From: Rhodosorus marinus CCMP1338 | Taxonomy: Eukaryota > Plantae > Rhodophyta | Assembly: GCA_029953675.1 (NCBI GenBank) | Contig: JAMWBK010000008.1 | Location: 1,364,001 to 1,428,000 of the forward strand | Length of the DNA stretch: 64,000 bases | Direction: 5' to 3' | Part shown: one piece after another, positions 60,003 through 64,000 of the stretch | Layout of the letters: each line of letters opens with the position of its first letter | How positions within the stretch are numbered: position 1 is the first letter of the stretch | The notes under the pieces: model-generated | The model's input: the letters and a program-made list of their open reading frames with translations, nothing else | The model's database searches: none | Told to the model about the DNA's origin: nothing | Made by a program: the position numbers and the translations under genes

Positions 60003-62753
60003 ATGACTGGGGACTCTGATTCGACCGGTGGAGAGGCCGAAAGGAAGCGAAGACGAGAGTCTGTGGTCGAGACGCTTCGTAAATCCCCCCCACAGAGAAG
60101 TCCGTTGTTAGAAGCTAACGGAGCTGCGTCTTCGAAGCAGTCATGTCCGGTGTGCATGGATAGGGTTGCCAGCTCCGATATCAACCAGCATTTGGATGAA
60201 TGTCTGGCTACGGCGGAATCCAAGGAGGCAGAGAAAGCGGACCTCCGGTCAGCAGTTGACATACTCAAAGAATCTTCAAACCGATTGGACGACGTGGTCT
60301 CTACAAGGAAGGAAAATCTGACCTGCCAGACGCATTTTGAGAAGTGGAAACCTACGTTCGCTCCAAAGGAGCATGATTCTCAGCACAACAGAGGACGACA
60401 TAGCGCGAAGGCAGTATATGTAGACAACGCCAACAAGGATGAGCCAGAAGAACAGGCGAGACCACTTCCAAATGCTCCATACTACGTGCGAGCGTTTCAA
60501 ATCGTGCTCGATTTCCTAGTCGAGACCCACGACCAGCTCCTGACAAACAACGACTGGAGGATCCACGGTGCTATCAACAACCTCGAAAGAGGTCCAAAGA
60601 AACTACTCGTCAGACTGTTCAATAGAAAACACAAATGGCTAAGGTCTTCCAATTTCTCATACAACGACATCGAAGGAGGAATTGAAAACGCGCTTGATCA
60701 GCTTGAGTCGGTAGATCTCATCGAACGCCTTGCACAAGAGAGGTGTGGTCAGACAGAATATGAGCTAATCCTTTCCAGTCTTCGAACGGAGGAAGTCAAG
60801 AAGATCGCACAGCCTTATGTCAGAAAGGTAGGGCCTTAAACGGCGGTTCTGGATGCTACCGAACCGTCTATTCTTTGGTAGAGTGTACTGACTTTACACT
60901 TCGACTGCAGGAAAAATCGATAACCAAGTCGATTGCCAGTGCGACGATTCTGCTACGTCTAGAAGACCATGTCTCCCGAACGATAGCCGGCACTACGGTG
61001 GGAGAATCCATGGCAAATCAGGTGCTGAAAGCTGCTGGGAGAGTGATTCGAATCAAAAACACGGCTCTGCAGCTTGTACAGAAGGCTCACGTTGTATTCT
61101 TCACACCAGACGATATGCATTCTCCGTCTTTGCTTCTCGCTGATCTCGGGAAGGTTTCATTTCCCGCGTATATCTGTTCGATGAGCCACCCAGTGTTTCG
61201 ATCATCGAAGGCGTACGAGTTGTACACCGATGCGAAGAAGCTGGAAGCTTCGCTTGATGAAGCTTTATTTGCTTCGGACTGGGAGCTCTCCGTCGAGATA
61301 GGAGACGAAGCTGAGCGACAGCTCAAGTCGAGTTTGGGTATTGAATCAAGCGACAAAGAAGATGACCCGGACTATCAAGTTGAGAGCGGCAACGATGATG
61401 ATGGGGGCGATGACCAACTGCGCCATCCGTTTCTTCGCTGTCTGACTTATCAGTGGATACTCGCCGGTATCGCGTGGCACTCGGTAGCTGCTCAAGAACG
61501 TCTCAGGGACTACAGAGGCGCCGTTACAAGGCTTCGTCTGATTCTTCAGTCTGGTTTGATACCGAAACGAAGGGGGAAAGTGTTGAATAGACTGACGATC
61601 GACCTCAAGCAGCACCTGGACGCCGGGCCGGAGGCGCTCGAATTGTGTCTTACAGCGCTGCGGCTCGACGAGGAGTGGATAATTCAGAGGGGGGAAAGAA
61701 TCCAGCTCGCGAAGCGTGCGAAGAGGATCTGGCAATCGCTTCACAAGGACAAAGCCATGCCGAAGGAGGTTCGGCAGCTGATAAACGCTGACAGCGCCGT
61801 CTGGATGAAAATTCCTCAGAGAACGATCGTAGGACGTCCTTTAGATGAGTACCGCAACAGAGGATCCGGGAGCGTCTTCATCGGCTACGATGGGGAGACA
61901 GTCACCGTTGAGGAGCTCTGCATTCAAAGCTATCGAGCCGAATCCAAGTGGAACGGCGTACATTGTGAAGGTGGAGAACATCAAAACTCCTAAACCTTGG
62001 GGCCACTGCCGCAGGAGCTCTAACAAGGGAGTTGTTGACTCACGGTTCTTTTGTTCAGGTTCTATAGTGAGAGCTCTGTTCCCGCTGTTGATGTGGGACG
62101 TGCTATTCTGCAACGTCCCGGATGTCTTTAGAACGCCTTTTCAAGACGCACCGTTGGACCTGGGAACGGAGGACTTTTACCTCTCACGAAGAGAGCTGAT
62201 CGATACGAGGCTTGATGTGCTGGTCGGTATGAGCCGTGACAATTTGGAGCAGGAAACCAGAGACGTCTGGGGGAGAGAGCAGGGGGTAAGATGCAGAGGT
62301 TTGACATGGAAGGATTCTCAAGTCCATCTTCCTGAGGTAATGAAACAGGCTCTCTACATAGAGACAACCAAAAGGTCTTGACGATCTAAAACGAGCGTTG
62401 GTGGCCCTGTTTCTGGTTTTTGTGTGGACCAGATGGCAAGGTGCATAGGGGGTAAAGCTTTGGCTGCTATGTTTCGTCTTCTCTGTGTGGACTACAGCTA
62501 CTGGAGTGGAGGAATGCCGGACCTATTCCTTTGGAGGAGTGAGGATTCCGTCGCAAAATTTGTGGAAGTGAAAGGCCCGAGGGATTCGTTAATGGAGCGA
62601 CAGCGCGCATGGATACATGAGCTGATGTCTTGCGGGGCGGATGTCGAGGTGTGTAAAGTAGTAGAGCGCGTGACGGAGAGGAACAAGGACGTCATTGTTG
62701 GTGACCATGACGCGTATGAGCTGGCAAGATTAGAGGATAAGTCCGTGGTTTGA
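60003..62753 (+). CDS. FAN1: Fanconi-associated nuclease 1; multi-exon
   Basis: UBZ4 finger CPVC...INQHLDEC, PYYVRAF, TPR region (RRGK.LNRL.IDL.QHL) and VRR-NUC domain GGMPDLFLW...FVEVKGPRDSLMERQRAW...VEVCKV. Confidence 0.92.
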
Positions 62754-62954
62754 GGATTGTGCTATATGAAACGCTCAACGCTGTTTGATAAATTGTATTT
62801 ATATATGTTTTACCTACTCGAGCTAGAGGGGTCCTGGGTGCGGTTGCACAAGCCGCCAGATTCAGTATGCTTGATACTGATGGTGAAGTTTTGCGCGAAA
62901 GCCCTTGCAAGGGGGGTGCTGCGAGAATGGGCAGCTGTTAGATTGCTACGGGTT

Positions 62955-63443
62955 TTATCTGTCTCCCCTTCGCCAGGCCATTAGTTTTGACTGGTGCTTC
63001 TTCTCTTGCATGCGTTTGGCCTTGAACTGGTTCTTCGTCTTACTGTCTTTGTTCCATACCTTCGGCTCGATCATGGCTTTCCTTATATAGTCAGAGGCAA
63101 GCCTGGCGGCAATATCAAAGTTCTGTTTCTGTGAGCGAGTCTCGCTGCTCTTGAACATCATTTCACCGTTCGCGGACATACGATTTCGGCACAATTCTCT
63201 TAGTCTGCTCACAGCGTCCTTGGATATCTCAATATCTTCTGGCCTAATCCTCAACTCCACCTGCGTCTCCACCTTGTTCACGTTCTGTCCACCGGGACCC
63301 GAAGATCTCGAATAGGAAACTTTCATCTTCCGAGAATCGTAGTGCGGAATCCCTGCGCTCGAGTGACTGGTATAAGTTATCTTCTGTATCCATCGCCATC
63401 GATTATGGTGTAGCAGTGCTCCCATCGACCCTCTAAAAGCCAT
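62955..63443 (-). CDS. ICT1: Peptidyl-tRNA hydrolase ICT1/ArfB (YaeJ)-like ribosome rescue factor, mitochondrial-type
   Basis: SYSRSSGPGGQNVNKVETQVELR, SSETRSQKQN, basic C-terminal tail (KRMQEKKHQSKL..RR) and presequence-like N-terminus. Confidence 0.88.
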   Translation of the reverse strand: MAFRGSMGALLHHNRWRWIQKITYTSHSSAGIPHYDSRKMKVSYSRSSGPGGQNVNKVETQVELRIRPEDIEISKDAVSRLRELCRNRMSANGEMMFKSSETRSQKQNFDIAARLASDYIRKAMIEPKVWNKDSKTKNQFKAKRMQEKKHQSKLMAWRRGDR

Positions 63444-64000
63444 TGTGAAAGTGATCTATTTCCCCGCAACCCACGGAACTCTTGCAAGCAACGCCCTGCG
63501 TGTTATCAACGTTGATACACTCCCGTCTCCGGGTCCTTAGCCATCGAATGGAGGTCACGAATTGTACTCCAACGATACTTGTGGTGCTTGAGAAGAAAAT
63601 CTCCAGGTCGGATACACAGCACTTCACTACGCACTCAGACCGCAGCCGAGAAGAACGAAAAGAGTGCCCACGAGCTACAAGAAGCATCAACCGATACAGA
63701 TAATGATTGACTCTCAATCTTCTTGTTAGTGACATTGACTCAACGACTTTCGGGGTTCGCCAAATTTCCCTCGTTCTCAATCCCCTTGAGCATTGCGAAA
63801 AACCCGATAAGATTGTGTTTGACAGTCTGTCGAACTCAAAAGTAGTCTGTTAGAGGTTCTCAAATAGTCCTAATTCAATATACGATAGCGCAACTTGTCT
63901 TCATTAAAATAATCATTATTCAATATTTTTGGATGGGAGATGATTGATTACTGGATTGAATACCGGATCAGGCGCAATCGCGAGTTCGTTTTTGTTTTGA

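Noticed and set aside
1-64000. CRISPR arrays, rRNA genes, telomeric arrays
   Set aside because: No regularly spaced repeat-spacer array, rRNA signature or extended telomere-type repeat was seen.

Overview
A gene-dense nuclear segment of a compact eukaryote. It has short GT-AG spliceosomal introns (about 35-125 nt) and very short intergenic gaps. Plastid- and mitochondrion-type presequences and the gene content suggest a unicellular red alga, but the taxon is an inference. Recognisable genes, left to right: an MDR/quinone-oxidoreductase-like protein spliced in frame to a WCRRC thioredoxin domain, a WDR59/SEA3-like WD40 protein, mitochondrial-type EF-P, a nuclear intron-split group II intron maturase (RT plus domain X), a Tim17-family protein, exocyst SEC5, a saccharopine-dehydrogenase-like oxidoreductase, a TDY MAP kinase, a RING-H2 E3 ligase, WS/DGAT, methionine synthase reductase, a C2H2 zinc-finger factor, an R2R3-MYB factor, YbeY, NDUFA5, pyruvate kinase, FAN1 and ICT1/ArfB. 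Several orphan multi-exon genes are less certain. About 33.2-48.9 kb is gene-poor: it holds the MYB gene, hairpins, an ATAGGGCA motif cluster and a decayed LINE-like element. The top candidates for novelty are the domesticated nuclear maturase (8300-10972) and the oxidoreductase-thioredoxin fusion (950-2648). All exon models were read by eye and need transcript confirmation. No rRNA, tRNA or CRISPR array was supportable.
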